32,000 nucleotides of DNA from Pseudodesulfovibrio mercurii (GCF_000189295.2 NC_016803.1:480001-512000); one strand, 5' to 3'. Shown: positions 1 to 9,078, counted from the stretch's first letter. The notes: generated by a model not told the origin, from the sequence alone. A program made the numbers and translations.

Positions 1-768
1 GCCAAGACCCACTCGAAGTTTGCCCTGCAACCTGGCGTGTTCAATAAGGAATTCCCGAACATCACCTTCTACGCCCACCAGGTGGACAACGAGAAGGGCG
101 AGTTGAAGTTCGCTTTCGTGCGCGACGATTCCATCAAGGGAACCTCGGTGGTCGTGGTCGCCCCCGAGGCCGAGGTGGTCTCCAATCCCCAGGAGGCCAA
201 GATCCACGTTGTCTTCCACAACGGCCGCATCTTCCGCCAGAGCGGCGACGAGCTGAACATCCTCAAGTTCCGCAAGTATTCCATCAAGCTCGACCTGGGC
301 AAGCTGCTGACCGGCTTCAACTTCGCCGAACAGAAGGCCAAGGACATGCCGTTCTTCCGATTGCGCGACATCCGCAAGGATCACAGCCTGATGCCGCATG
401 AGAACGAGCGCTTCTTCCGCAAGGTGGACACGGAGTTCTACAAGCGGCTGACCCTGCCGCTGGGCTGCTTCATCCTGGGCCTGTTCGCCATCCCCATCGC
501 CTCCATCTTCCGGGGGCTCAGGCAGCAGTACGGCCTGCTCCTGGCCATGGGCCTGTTCATGGTCTACTACACCATGTTCTCCATCGGCGTGAGCATGGGC
601 GAATCGGGCACCATCCCGCCGGAATACGGCATGTGGGCCCCGGACATCCTGTTCATCTTCGTGGCCCTGGCCGGGCTGCGCTACGCCAACCTTGAGCGCA
701 CGCCCACGGTGGTCCACTGGCTGCTGCACCTGCGGTTGACCCGCAAGGGCGGGGAGGCCGAGGCATGA
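1..768 (+). CDS. lptF: LPS export permease, LptF-type (YjgP/YjgQ family), 5' end outside window
   Basis: Frame 1 is open from base 1 to the TGA at 766-768, so the GTG at 37 is probably internal. The C-terminal part has hydrophobic helices (LTLPLGCFILGLFAIPIASIF, YGLLLAMGLFMVYYTMFSIG, APDILFIFVALAGLRY) typical of YjgP/YjgQ permeases. ATGA start/stop overlap with the paralogous next gene, as in lptFG operons. Confidence 0.7.
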   Translation, partial: AKTHSKFALQPGVFNKEFPNITFYAHQVDNEKGELKFAFVRDDSIKGTSVVVVAPEAEVVSNPQEAKIHVVFHNGRIFRQSGDELNILKFRKYSIKLDLGKLLTGFNFAEQKAKDMPFFRLRDIRKDHSLMPHENERFFRKVDTEFYKRLTLPLGCFILGLFAIPIASIFRGLRQQYGLLLAMGLFMVYYTMFSIGVSMGESGTIPPEYGMWAPDILFIFVALAGLRYANLERTPTVVHWLLHLRLTRKGGEAEA

Positions 769-1892
769 TCGGCGTCTTGAGCCGGTATCTCATCCGGCAG
801 AACCTCTATCTCATGGCCATCTGCCTGGCCGTGGGCACCTCCCTGTATCTTCTGTCGGACATCTTCGACCGGCTGGACGACTTCATCCGGGCGGGGCTCG
901 GCGCGCAGACCATCCTCTTCTATTTCATCGTCAAGATACCGCTCATCGTCTCGCAGCTCATGCCCGCGGTCTTTCTCCTGGCCATGGTCGTCCAGCTGGG
1001 CGTGCTGGCCAGGTCCCGCGAGATGCTCGCCCTGCGCGCCGGGGGCGTGTCCTTCGCCTGGTTCATCCGGTTCTTCGTGATCTATGCCCTGATCTGGAGC
1101 TGCGGACAGCTGGTCTTTTCCCAGTTCCTCGGGGTCTTCGGCGAGCAGGAGGCCAACCGCATCTGGAAGGAGGACGTGCGCAAGAAGCAGCTGGACGAGC
1201 TGACCATCCACAACCTGTGGTTCCGGGACGGGCCGTTCATCGTCCAGGCCAAGGAGGCCCAGCCGAGCAAGAGCCGGGCGAGCGACATCACGATCTACGA
1301 GTTCACCACGGACAACCAGGAGCTGATCCGCATCCTGAACGCCAAGAAGGCGCTCATCGACGATCACGGCTGGGGGCTTTTGGACGTGCACGAATTGGAC
1401 ACCCGGACCTTCATCACCGTGGACCGGCCGTCCCAGTTCCTGTCCGTGCGCCAGAACCTCAAGGCCTACGCGGCCGTGGAGCTCAAGGGCGACACCGCGC
1501 AGCTGCCGCTCATCGAACTGTCCAGGGCCATAGCGCGCCTCCAGGAGTCGGGCTCCAACGTGGAGATGCTTCTGACCATCTGGCACGGCAAGCTGTCCTA
1601 TGCCTTCTCCATGGTGGTCATGGCCCTGCTGGCGCTCGTGCTGGTGACCTTTTCCGAGAACGTCTACGCCAACATCGGCCTTGCGCTGATCCTGATCTTC
1701 ATCCAGTACGGGATGCACGTGGTCGGGGCGACCGCCGGGGAGAAGGGGGTGCTGCCGCCCATCCTGGCGGCCTGGCTGGGCAACGGGATCATGGCCGCGC
1801 TGGCGAGCCTGCGGTTGGCCTGGGTGGCCATGCCGGGCTTCAAGGCCATGATCCGGACGGCCGTGGAAGGGCTCATTCCCCGGCGGGCGTGA
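765..1892 (+). CDS. lptG: LPS export permease, LptG-type (YjgP/YjgQ family)
   Basis: 375-aa ORF. N-terminal LSRYLIRQ... with three TM helices, a central soluble domain and C-terminal TM helices, which is the YjgP/YjgQ layout. Translationally coupled to the upstream paralog (ATGA at 765-768). Confidence 0.75.
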   Translation: MIGVLSRYLIRQNLYLMAICLAVGTSLYLLSDIFDRLDDFIRAGLGAQTILFYFIVKIPLIVSQLMPAVFLLAMVVQLGVLARSREMLALRAGGVSFAWFIRFFVIYALIWSCGQLVFSQFLGVFGEQEANRIWKEDVRKKQLDELTIHNLWFRDGPFIVQAKEAQPSKSRASDITIYEFTTDNQELIRILNAKKALIDDHGWGLLDVHELDTRTFITVDRPSQFLSVRQNLKAYAAVELKGDTAQLPLIELSRAIARLQESGSNVEMLLTIWHGKLSYAFSMVVMALLALVLVTFSENVYANIGLALILIFIQYGMHVVGATAGEKGVLPPILAAWLGNGIMAALASLRLAWVAMPGFKAMIRTAVEGLIPRRA

Positions 1893-2474
1893 TCACAGCC
1901 CGGCGTATTCGCCGAGCCGGGCCCACAATTTTTCCTCGCCCTTGCCGGTCTTGCTCGAAAAGAGCAGGGGAGGGCGGTCCTGCTGGAGGATGTCCTGCCA
2001 CTGCTTCTGGAGCTGGGCCAGCTCCCGCTGCTTGGGCTTGTCCGCCTTGGTCAGGACGGGGATGACCGGGATGGACAGGCCGCGCACGTAGCCGGTCAGT
2101 TCCAGGTCCAGTTTCTGCGGCGAAAGCCGGGCGTCCAGAAGCACGGCCACGGCCTTGAGGTGCGTGTTGCCGGTTATATAGGCCTCGATGAGCTTGGCCC
2201 ACTTGATGCGCTCCTGCTTGGAGCACTTGGCGTAGCCGTAGCCGGGCAGATCCACCAGATAGTAGCCGTCCGGGTCCACGCGATAGTAGTTGAGGCTGCG
2301 CGTCTTGCCCGGCTTGGAGCTGATCTTGGCCAAGGCCTTGCGCCCGGCCAGGCGGTTGACCAGCGAGGACTTGCCCACGTTGGACCGGCCCGCCAGGGCG
2401 ATCTGAGGGGCATCCACGTCCTCAAGCTGCTTGATTTCGTATATTGTTTTGACTAACTCGATGGTTCGGTTCAT
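1893..2474 (-). CDS. engB: Ribosome biogenesis GTP-binding protein YihA/EngB
   Basis: G1 [10 protein letters not shown]3 DLPGYG, G4 TKADK. I chose the ATG at 2474 (MNRTIELV...), giving a 193-aa protein of typical EngB size. The ORF-track start at 2573 adds an implausible 33-aa extension. Confidence 0.9.
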   Translation of the reverse strand: MNRTIELVKTIYEIKQLEDVDAPQIALAGRSNVGKSSLVNRLAGRKALAKISSKPGKTRSLNYYRVDPDGYYLVDLPGYGYAKCSKQERIKWAKLIEAYITGNTHLKAVAVLLDARLSPQKLDLELTGYVRGLSIPVIPVLTKADKPKQRELAQLQKQWQDILQQDRPPLLFSSKTGKGEEKLWARLGEYAGL

Positions 2475-2585
2475 AAAGAGGTACCGTTTCGCAAGTTGGT
2501 TATCGAACGCCCCCACTCTTGTTTTTTTCTCGGGGCGCGTCAAGGAAGCGGGCAATACACCATCCCGCGCCACAAGGAAAGATGC

Positions 2586-3044
2586 ATGTCAGCACTCAAG
2601 ATTCTGATCCTGAACGGCCCCAACCTCGGTCATATCGGAACCCGCCAGCCCGAGATCTACGGCTCGCAGACCATGGACGACATGCCCGAACTCCTCGCCC
2701 GGGTCATGGGCGACAGGGCGGGTGACGTCGAGCTTGCGCATTTTCAGTCCAATTCCGAGGGCGGGCTCATCGACCGGCTGGAGCGGGCCCGCGAAGAGGG
2801 CGTGGACGGCGTGGTCTTCAACGCCGGAGCGTACACCCACACCTCCCTGGCCCTGGCCGACTGCCTGGCCTGGATCGGCATCCCCTGCGTGGAGGTGCAC
2901 ATCAGCAACATCTGGGCGCGCACGGACCAGCCCCTGCGCCAGAAATCCCTGATGGGCGAGAGGTGCGTCGGCGTCATTGCCGGATTCGGGATTCTGGGTT
3001 ATGCCCTCGGTGTCCAGGCGCTCCACCAGCGCCTCCGGGCATAG
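2586..3044 (+). CDS. aroQ: 3-dehydroquinate dehydratase, type II
   Basis: [26 protein letters not shown]..., [26 protein letters not shown] and EVHISNI are hallmark AroQ motifs. Start taken at the ATG at 2586 (152 aa). Confidence 0.9.
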   Translation: MSALKILILNGPNLGHIGTRQPEIYGSQTMDDMPELLARVMGDRAGDVELAHFQSNSEGGLIDRLERAREEGVDGVVFNAGAYTHTSLALADCLAWIGIPCVEVHISNIWARTDQPLRQKSLMGERCVGVIAGFGILGYALGVQALHQRLRA

Positions 3045-3094
3045 GATCGTTGAAAAATACCCGGGGACACCCCGGAAACCATTTGGAGAAATAT

Positions 3095-3652
3095 ATGATT
3101 CAGACCAAGGATTTCAGGACAGGCCTGAAAATCGAGATCGACGGCAAGCCCTTCGAAATCATCGAATTCCAGCACTTCAAGCCGGGCAAGGGCGGGGCCA
3201 TGGTGCGCACCAAGCTGCGCCAGATGCTGACCGGCCAGGTGCTGGACAAGACCTTCCGCTCCGGTGAAAAGGTCGACAAGCCGGACATGGCCGTGGCCGA
3301 GATGCAGTACATCTTCCGGGACGGCGAGCACTCCGTGTTCATGGACCTCGAGACCTACGAGCAGATGCACGTGCCCGCGGCCAACGTGGGCGAGAAGGGC
3401 GGCTTCATCAAGGAAGGCGACACGGTCAAGGTCCTTCTGTACAACGGCGAGCTCATCGGCGTGGACCTGCCCGCCAACGTCAGCCTCAAGGTGGCCCAGA
3501 CCGACCCCGGCATCCAGGGCGACCGCGTGTCCAATGCCACCAAACCCGCCACCATGGAGACGGGCCTCAAGGTCAACGTCCCGCTCTTCATCAACGAAGG
3601 CGACACCATCAAGGTGGACACCCGGACCGGAGAGTATCTTGGTCGCGAGTAA
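3095..3652 (+). CDS. efp: Elongation factor P
   Basis: [42 protein letters not shown]... is canonical EF-P, 185 aa. GGAGAA Shine-Dalgarno at 3085-3090. Confidence 0.95.
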   Translation: MIQTKDFRTGLKIEIDGKPFEIIEFQHFKPGKGGAMVRTKLRQMLTGQVLDKTFRSGEKVDKPDMAVAEMQYIFRDGEHSVFMDLETYEQMHVPAANVGEKGGFIKEGDTVKVLLYNGELIGVDLPANVSLKVAQTDPGIQGDRVSNATKPATMETGLKVNVPLFINEGDTIKVDTRTGEYLGRE

Positions 3653-3684
3653 AGCGGACTTGCAACTCGTTGTGTAAATTGCGT

Positions 3685-3726
3685 AAAAAAGGTCGTGGGC
3701 GGGTTGCCGTCCAGGACCTTTTTTAT
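3685..3726 (+). terminator. Rho-independent terminator after efp
   Basis: AAAAAAGGTC (3685-3694) pairs perfectly with GACCTTTTTT (3715-3724). There is extra imperfect inner pairing (GGC/GCC). The 3' arm itself ends in the T run, continuing as TTTTTTAT through 3726. Confidence 0.7.
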
Positions 3727-3739
3727 CAAGTGAGGCTTA

Positions 3740-5974
3740 ATGGCGAGACGACCGAAAACCACGGTGCGGACGGAGAAACGGAAAGGGCGCGGCAATGAGG
3801 CCGTGGGCCTCTTTTTCCTGTTCCTCTCCGCCTTTCTGTTCCTGAGCATTCTCTCCTTCAGCCCCGGTGATCCGAGCTTCAACCAGGCCGTCACCGCCGG
3901 GCGCAAGGTCCAGAACGTGGTCGGGTACGCCGGGTCCTATTGCGCCGGTTTCCTGGTGGAGATGTTCGGCATGGGGGCGGTGTTCTGGCCCCTGTACTTC
4001 CTCTATCTCGGGTTGACCCGGTTCGTCTCCCGGCTCAAGCTTTCGCCCCTGCGCTGGCTCGGCGTGGTCGGCCTGTTCGTGTCCTTCGAGGCCTGGGCCA
4101 TGCACCCGTGGTTCTTCGACGTGCCCAAGGACGCCTACGGCCTGGTGGGCAGCGGCTTCTTCGGCCGGTCCATCATCACCAAGTACACCATGCCGTACCT
4201 GCGGCCCGTGGGCACCTTCCTGCTCTGGCTGTTCGTGACCATCGTCTCCCTGCAGGCGGTGGCCGGCTTCACCTGGGCCTCCATCTGGGCCCTGCTCGGC
4301 CGCTGGTGGGAACGGTACCGCGAGGGCGCCATGCTCCGGGCCGAGAAGCGGGCCGAGCGCCGCGAGGCCAGGGCCCTGGCCCGGGAACAGGCCGAGGAAC
4401 CGGCCCAGGAGGACATGGAACTCCAGTTCGTGGACCTGGACGCCGGGGAGGAGGACCGCCCGGTCAAGGCGGCCAAGCCCGCCCGGCAGCCCAAGCCCAA
4501 GCCCGCTCCCGCCCAACCGGCCGCGCCCAAGGTCCCGGCCGCGCCGGGCGGATTGCCGAGTGTGGAGTTGCTCACCGCGCCCCCGGCCCAGCACACCTCC
4601 CAGACCCCGGCCGTGTTGCAGCCCCTGGCCGACCGGCTGAAGGAATGCCTCAACGATTTCAATGTGCAGGGCGAAATCCAGCGGGTGGTGCCCGGCCCTG
4701 TGGTGACCATGTTCGAGTTCAAGCCCGCGCCCGGCATCAAGGTCTCCAAGATCGAGAACCTGACCGACGACATCGCCCTGGCCCTGCGCGCCGAGTCCGT
4801 GCGCATCGAGGCCCCCATACCGGGCAAGGACAGCGTGGGCGTGGAGATCCCGAACATCGAGCGGGAGATGGTCTACCTGCGCGAGGTCCTGGAATCCAAG
4901 GAGTTCACCGGCTCCAAGTCGCCCCTGACCCTGGCCCTGGGCAAGGACATCCAGGGCGGCTTCAAGGTGGCCGACCTGGCGCGCATGCCGCATCTGCTGG
5001 TGGCGGGCGCCACCGGCGCGGGCAAGTCCGTGGGCATCAACGGGTTCCTGCTCTCCCTGCTGTACAAGGCCGGGCCCGAGGACGTGAAGCTCCTGCTGGT
5101 GGACCCCAAGCGCATCGAGCTGGCCCCCTACGCGGACCTGCCGCACCTGGTTCATCCCGTGGTCACGGACATGAACATGGCCAAGAGCGCCCTGGAATGG
5201 GCGGTCTTCGAGATGGACTGCCGGTACGAGAAGATGGCCCAGCTCGGCGTGCGCAACATCGAGGGATACAACAAGAAGCTGGAAGAAATGGGCGACAATG
5301 TTCCCGAGGAATTCGAGAACATGAAGCACATGCCGTACCTGGTCATCATCATCGACGAGCTGGCCGACCTGATGATGACCGCGGCCAAGGACGTGGAGCA
5401 GTGCATCGTGCGGCTGGCCCAGCTGGCCCGCGCCGCGGGCATCCACATGGTCCTGGCCACCCAGCGGCCCAGCGTGGACGTGGTCACCGGTCTGATCAAG
5501 GCCAACTTCCCCACGCGCATCTCGTTTTTCGTGACCTCCAAGTTCGACTCCCGGACCATCCTCGACGGCGTGGGCGCGGAGCGGCTGCTGGGCAAGGGCG
5601 ACATGCTCTTCAAGCCGAGCGGCGGCAAGCTCATCCGCATGCACGGCGCGTACGTGGACGAGACGGAAATTGCACACGTGGTCCAGTACTGGAAGGAGGC
5701 CGTGCCTCAGGAATTCGACCTCGACTTTAGCGACTGGAGCCCGAATGCGGGCGGGGACGGGCCTTCCGGCGGGGTCGGCTCCACGGACGACCCGGTCTAT
5801 GACGAAGCGGTACAGTTCGTGCTTGAGCAGGGCAAGGCGTCCATCTCGCTGTTGCAGCGCAGGCTGCGCATCGGGTTCAACCGCGCGGCCCGGTTCATCG
5901 AGCAGATGGAGATGGACGGCATCCTCGGTCCCCAGGAGGGGAGCAAGCCGCGCAAGGTCATCAAGCCGGAATAA
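3740..5974 (+). CDS. ftsK: DNA translocase FtsK/SpoIIIE
   Basis: N-terminal TM helices, a Pro/Ala/Lys-rich linker (PKPKPAPAQPAAPKVPAAPG), Walker A GATGAGKS and Walker B YLVIIIDELADLM. C-terminal gamma winged helix ASISLLQRRLRIGFNRAARFIEQME. Confidence 0.95.
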   Translation: MARRPKTTVRTEKRKGRGNEAVGLFFLFLSAFLFLSILSFSPGDPSFNQAVTAGRKVQNVVGYAGSYCAGFLVEMFGMGAVFWPLYFLYLGLTRFVSRLKLSPLRWLGVVGLFVSFEAWAMHPWFFDVPKDAYGLVGSGFFGRSIITKYTMPYLRPVGTFLLWLFVTIVSLQAVAGFTWASIWALLGRWWERYREGAMLRAEKRAERREARALAREQAEEPAQEDMELQFVDLDAGEEDRPVKAAKPARQPKPKPAPAQPAAPKVPAAPGGLPSVELLTAPPAQHTSQTPAVLQPLADRLKECLNDFNVQGEIQRVVPGPVVTMFEFKPAPGIKVSKIENLTDDIALALRAESVRIEAPIPGKDSVGVEIPNIEREMVYLREVLESKEFTGSKSPLTLALGKDIQGGFKVADLARMPHLLVAGATGAGKSVGINGFLLSLLYKAGPEDVKLLLVDPKRIELAPYADLPHLVHPVVTDMNMAKSALEWAVFEMDCRYEKMAQLGVRNIEGYNKKLEEMGDNVPEEFENMKHMPYLVIIIDELADLMMTAAKDVEQCIVRLAQLARAAGIHMVLATQRPSVDVVTGLIKANFPTRISFFVTSKFDSRTILDGVGAERLLGKGDMLFKPSGGKLIRMHGAYVDETEIAHVVQYWKEAVPQEFDLDFSDWSPNAGGDGPSGGVGSTDDPVYDEAVQFVLEQGKASISLLQRRLRIGFNRAARFIEQMEMDGILGPQEGSKPRKVIKPE

Positions 5975-5988
5975 TTGGAGTAAGATTT

Positions 5989-6681
5989 ATGTCTAGACTT
6001 TCCGTTGCCGTTTTCGTCATGGTCTCCTGCCTGCTGCTGCCCGTGCTGGCCGGGGCGGCCGAGCCCATTCCGGCGCAGGACCTGCCGGATCTGATCCAGA
6101 AGCGTTACGAGACCCTGAAGACCTTCCGGGCCGACTTCAGCCAGGAGCTGACCAACGTGGCCAGCGGCGAGGTGGACAAGCGCGAGGGCAAGATCTGGTT
6201 CCGCCAGCCCTCCCAGGTGCGCTGGGAGACCTCGGCCCCGGAAAAGGAGCTGCTGGTGGTCGGCCCCGAGTTCGCTTGGGACTACATCCCGGACGAGGAG
6301 CTGGCCATCAAGTATGGGGTCGCGGCACTGCTGGACTCCAAGACCATCCTGCGGTTCCTCTCGGGCCAGGCCAACATCAAGGAAGACTTCGTGGTCAAGA
6401 CCGAGTGGCCGGGGGCGGACGAGGTCCGGGCCAAGTGGGGCAAGGACCTGACCGTGCTGCAACTGGTGCCCAAGGAGGCGGAGCCGGGCATGGTCCTGGC
6501 CTTTGTGGGCGTGGAACCGGCCACCGGCCTGCTCCGGCAGGTCATGATCGTGGATTTCTACGGCAACGGCAACGAGGTCAGGCTGTCCAACGTGGAGACC
6601 GACGTGGACCTCGCCCCGGACATGTTCACCTTCACCCCGCCCGAGGGCACGCAGGTGGAGGACAACACCCAGGGGTTCTAG
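5989..6681 (+). CDS. lolA: Outer-membrane lipoprotein carrier protein LolA-like
   Basis: Signal peptide MSRLSVAVFVMVSCLLLPVLAGAA. Then LIQKRYETLKTFRADFSQE...GKIWFRQPSQVRWE, typical of LolA. The ftsK-lolA gene order is widely conserved. GGAG Shine-Dalgarno upstream. Confidence 0.8.
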   Translation: MSRLSVAVFVMVSCLLLPVLAGAAEPIPAQDLPDLIQKRYETLKTFRADFSQELTNVASGEVDKREGKIWFRQPSQVRWETSAPEKELLVVGPEFAWDYIPDEELAIKYGVAALLDSKTILRFLSGQANIKEDFVVKTEWPGADEVRAKWGKDLTVLQLVPKEAEPGMVLAFVGVEPATGLLRQVMIVDFYGNGNEVRLSNVETDVDLAPDMFTFTPPEGTQVEDNTQGF

Positions 6682-7433
6682 AGCCCGACGTCCCGCTTCA
6701 GGGCCGCCGTCTCCTCGCTGGTCAGCTCGCGCCATGCGCCGGGCTTGAGGTCGCCCAGGGCCACCGGGCCCTGGCGCACGCGCCGGAGGCGCAGGATGGT
6801 CAGCCCGAGTTCTTCGCACATCCGGCGAATCTGCCGGTTCACTCCCTGAATGAGCGTGATTTCAAGCTGTTGCGTTCCGGCAATGGGCTTGAGCAGACGC
6901 ACCTTGGCCGGGGCGAGCCGGTCGCCTTCCCTGAGGGTCATGCCCTGGCGCATGGTCTGGACCGCCTTTTGCGGCACCGAGCCCCGGATGGTCACGACGT
7001 AGACCTTGGGCAGGTGGTACTTGGGGTGGGTCAGCCGGTAGCAGAGGTCGCCGTCCGTGGTCAGCAGGAGCAGACCTTCGGAGAAGAAGTCCAGCCTGCC
7101 CACGGGGAAGGGGCGTTTTTTGCGGATTTCCGGGGGCAGGAGATCGAGCACGGTCTTGCGGCCCTGCGGGTCGCTGGCCGTGGTCACGGTCTCCACCGGC
7201 TTGTGCAGCAGGAGGGTCAGGTCCCCGGCGCTCGCCTTCTGGCCGATGACCTTGCCGTCCACCGCGACCTCGTCGCGGGCCGGATCGACCTGGAGGCCGG
7301 GGGAATCGGCGGTTGCGCCGTTGACGGTCACCCGTCCGGCAAAGACCATCTCGTCGGCGCCGCGCCGGGACGCGACGCCGCATTGGGCGATGAATTTGTT
7401 CAGCCGCAGGGTATCGGAGGGGGCATCGGGCAT
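6678..7433 (-). CDS. rluB: Pseudouridine synthase, RsuA/RluB family (S4 domain + catalytic domain)
   Basis: S4 domain LRLNKFIAQCGVASRRGADEMVFAGRVTVNG. Catalytic motif VGRLDFFSEGLLLLTTDG. Start taken at the ATG at 7433, just downstream of the upstream gene's stop at 7444-7446. Confidence 0.8.
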   Translation of the reverse strand: MPDAPSDTLRLNKFIAQCGVASRRGADEMVFAGRVTVNGATADSPGLQVDPARDEVAVDGKVIGQKASAGDLTLLLHKPVETVTTASDPQGRKTVLDLLPPEIRKKRPFPVGRLDFFSEGLLLLTTDGDLCYRLTHPKYHLPKVYVVTIRGSVPQKAVQTMRQGMTLREGDRLAPAKVRLLKPIAGTQQLEITLIQGVNRQIRRMCEELGLTILRLRRVRQGPVALGDLKPGAWRELTSEETAALKRDVGL

Positions 7434-7443
7434 GCCCCGTCTT

Positions 7444-8070
7444 CTAGACCCGAATGGTCTTTGTGGCAAGCTGGAAGCTGGTGACCACGTCGAGCATGTT
7501 GGTCACGTCGCCCAGGCCGCGCCGGGCGGTCAGGCCGAAGAACTCCAGGCAGGTGCCGCAGACCAGGATGGACACGCCGCTCTCCTCGAGCTTCTTGAGC
7601 TCGTCGAAGCAGCGGTGGCCGGGCACGGCCAGCTTGACGCCGCCGTTGACCAGGACGATGCGCCACAGCTCGTCGCCCAGTTCCTTGAGGGTGACCGTGA
7701 AATTGTACATCAGGCCGGCGCCTAGTTCGTCGTCGCCCGAGCCCATGACCTCGGTGGGCACGAAGACCAGGATTTTCTCCTTGGCCACGGCGGCGATCTC
7801 GGCTTCGGTCATGACCGCGCACGCCTCGCACTCGTCCGCGCCTTCGCCGCCGTCCGTGCGCAGACCGGTGACGAGATGGTCGGCTCCGGACTTCTCCGCC
7901 TGCACGGTGTAGCCCTGCATGGTCATGAACCGGGTGACGTTCTCCCTGGCCGCGTCGTTGTCCACGATGATCACCAGCTTGGCCGGGCGATCCTTTTCAA
8001 TGGCCTCCTTGCAGCGGAGCACGGGCTGGGGGCAGGGCAGGCCTTTGCAATCAATGGAAATGTCAGTCAT
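7444..8070 (-). CDS. yedF: TusA/SirA-like (CPxP) domain fused to a DsrE/DsrF-like domain; YedF-type sulfur/selenium-transfer protein
   Basis: N-terminus IDCKGLPCPQPVLRCKEAI is the TusA CPxP motif. The C-terminal half (ILVFVPTEVMGSGDDELG...ILVCGTCLEFFG) looks like a DsrE-fold domain. AAGGAG Shine-Dalgarno upstream. The YedF family name comes from recall of the ~200-aa selenium-metabolism YedF family. Confidence 0.6.
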   Translation of the reverse strand: MTDISIDCKGLPCPQPVLRCKEAIEKDRPAKLVIIVDNDAARENVTRFMTMQGYTVQAEKSGADHLVTGLRTDGGEGADECEACAVMTEAEIAAVAKEKILVFVPTEVMGSGDDELGAGLMYNFTVTLKELGDELWRIVLVNGGVKLAVPGHRCFDELKKLEESGVSILVCGTCLEFFGLTARRGLGDVTNMLDVVTSFQLATKTIRV

Positions 8071-8235
8071 ATCTACTCCTTGATCGTAGAATGCTGCCCA
8101 GAATGGGCCCGTTGGTCAAATTGATAAGATGCATCGTATGGGTGTCTTTGAAAGACTGTTTCAATGCTCGCTGCCCCTTGCCCTTCGTCCGCCGAGCCGG
8201 TAGAGAAAGGAAAATCCGAAACCGAGCGTGCCCGC

Positions 8236-8880
8236 ATGAAAATACCGATTGATCCCGCCGCGTTTGCGCCTTTCATCGCCTGGCTGTTCAAGCTCTGGGT
8301 GCGGACCATCCGGTTCGAGCCGCACGGAGCCATTGATTTCCTTGACCGGAACCGGCGCGGCGAGGCCGGGGTCATCGCCCTGTGGCACGGCGAAATCTTT
8401 CCGGTGACCGCCTTCGGCCACACCGTGAGTTCGCATCTGGTGACCTTCGTCAGCCAGTCCAAGGACGGCGAGGTCATCGCCCGCGTGCTGGAGCGCATCG
8501 GCCACACCACGGTGCGCGGGTCGAGCACCCGCGGCGGGGTCAAGGCCCTGCTCAAGGCCAAACGGGTCATGGAACAGGAAAACCGTATGGCCGTGTTCAC
8601 CATCGACGGGCCCAAGGGGCCGCGTCACAAGGCCAAGGACGGTGTCATCTTCCTGGCCCAGCGGGCCGGGGCCAAGATTCTGCCCATCCGGGCCTATCCC
8701 GAGCGCAAGGTGGTCTTCGACAAGTCCTGGGACCACTTCGTCCTGCCCCTGCCGTTCACCCGCTGCCCGGTCTACGTGGGCGAACCCATGGACGTGACCG
8801 ACGAGAAGCTGACCAAGGACGTTCTCGAACGCGAGACCGCCCGCCTCGAAGCCCGCATGCTCGCCCTGGGCGCGGAGTAG
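8236..8880 (+). CDS. DUF374 family protein (lysophospholipid acyltransferase-like)
   Basis: ALWHGEIFP...SQSKDGEVIARVLERIGHTTVRGSSTRGG...FTIDGPKGPRHKAKDGVIFLAQRAGAKILPI matches the DUF374 signature. Start taken at the ATG at 8236 (MKIPID). Confidence 0.7.
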   Translation: MKIPIDPAAFAPFIAWLFKLWVRTIRFEPHGAIDFLDRNRRGEAGVIALWHGEIFPVTAFGHTVSSHLVTFVSQSKDGEVIARVLERIGHTTVRGSSTRGGVKALLKAKRVMEQENRMAVFTIDGPKGPRHKAKDGVIFLAQRAGAKILPIRAYPERKVVFDKSWDHFVLPLPFTRCPVYVGEPMDVTDEKLTKDVLERETARLEARMLALGAE

Positions 8881-8902
8881 AGGAGGGCGTCTCCGGCGGC
8901 CG

Positions 8903-8986
8903 GGGGGAAGGGGAGAGAAGGAACCCTTTGAAAAGGGCTTCCTTCTCTCCCCTTCCCCCTGGACCCCCCAACCCCTCTCTCCTTCC
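8903..8986. repeat. Polypurine/polypyrimidine inverted repeat (8903-8923 vs 8939-8959) nested with a pyrimidine mirror repeat (8939-8959 vs 8964-8986)
   Basis: GGGGGAAGGGGAGAGAAGGAA (8903-8923) is the exact reverse complement of TTCCTTCTCTCCCCTTCCCCC (8939-8959). The inner CCC/GGG extends the stem. CCCCCCAACCCCTCTCTCCTTCC (8964-8986) is a near mirror image of the second arm. It lies in the convergent spacer after the DUF374 gene and probably also acts as its terminator. Confidence 0.75.
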
Positions 8987-9024
8987 TAAACTTTTTGTTG
9001 CGCTTCGCGGGGTCGGCCAAAGGA

Positions 9025-9053
9025 AAGCCCCCGGCTCGGGGAGCCGGGGGCTT
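9025..9053 (-). terminator. Rho-independent terminator after gcvT
   Basis: AAGCCCCCGGCTC / GAGCCGGGGGCTT form a perfect 13-bp stem around a GGG loop. On the minus strand it is followed by TTTCCTTTGG, and it sits about 25 nt downstream of the gcvT stop. Confidence 0.7.
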
Positions 9054-9078
9054 GCGGTTGGTCGTCTGGTGAAGCGGG

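Noticed and set aside
3737-5730. 646-aa minus-strand ORF and 596-aa plus-strand off-frame ORF overlapping ftsK
   Set aside because: ftsK in frame 3740..5974 has Walker A/B and gamma-domain motifs. The alternatives are G/R/P/H/A-rich low-complexity translations without motifs.
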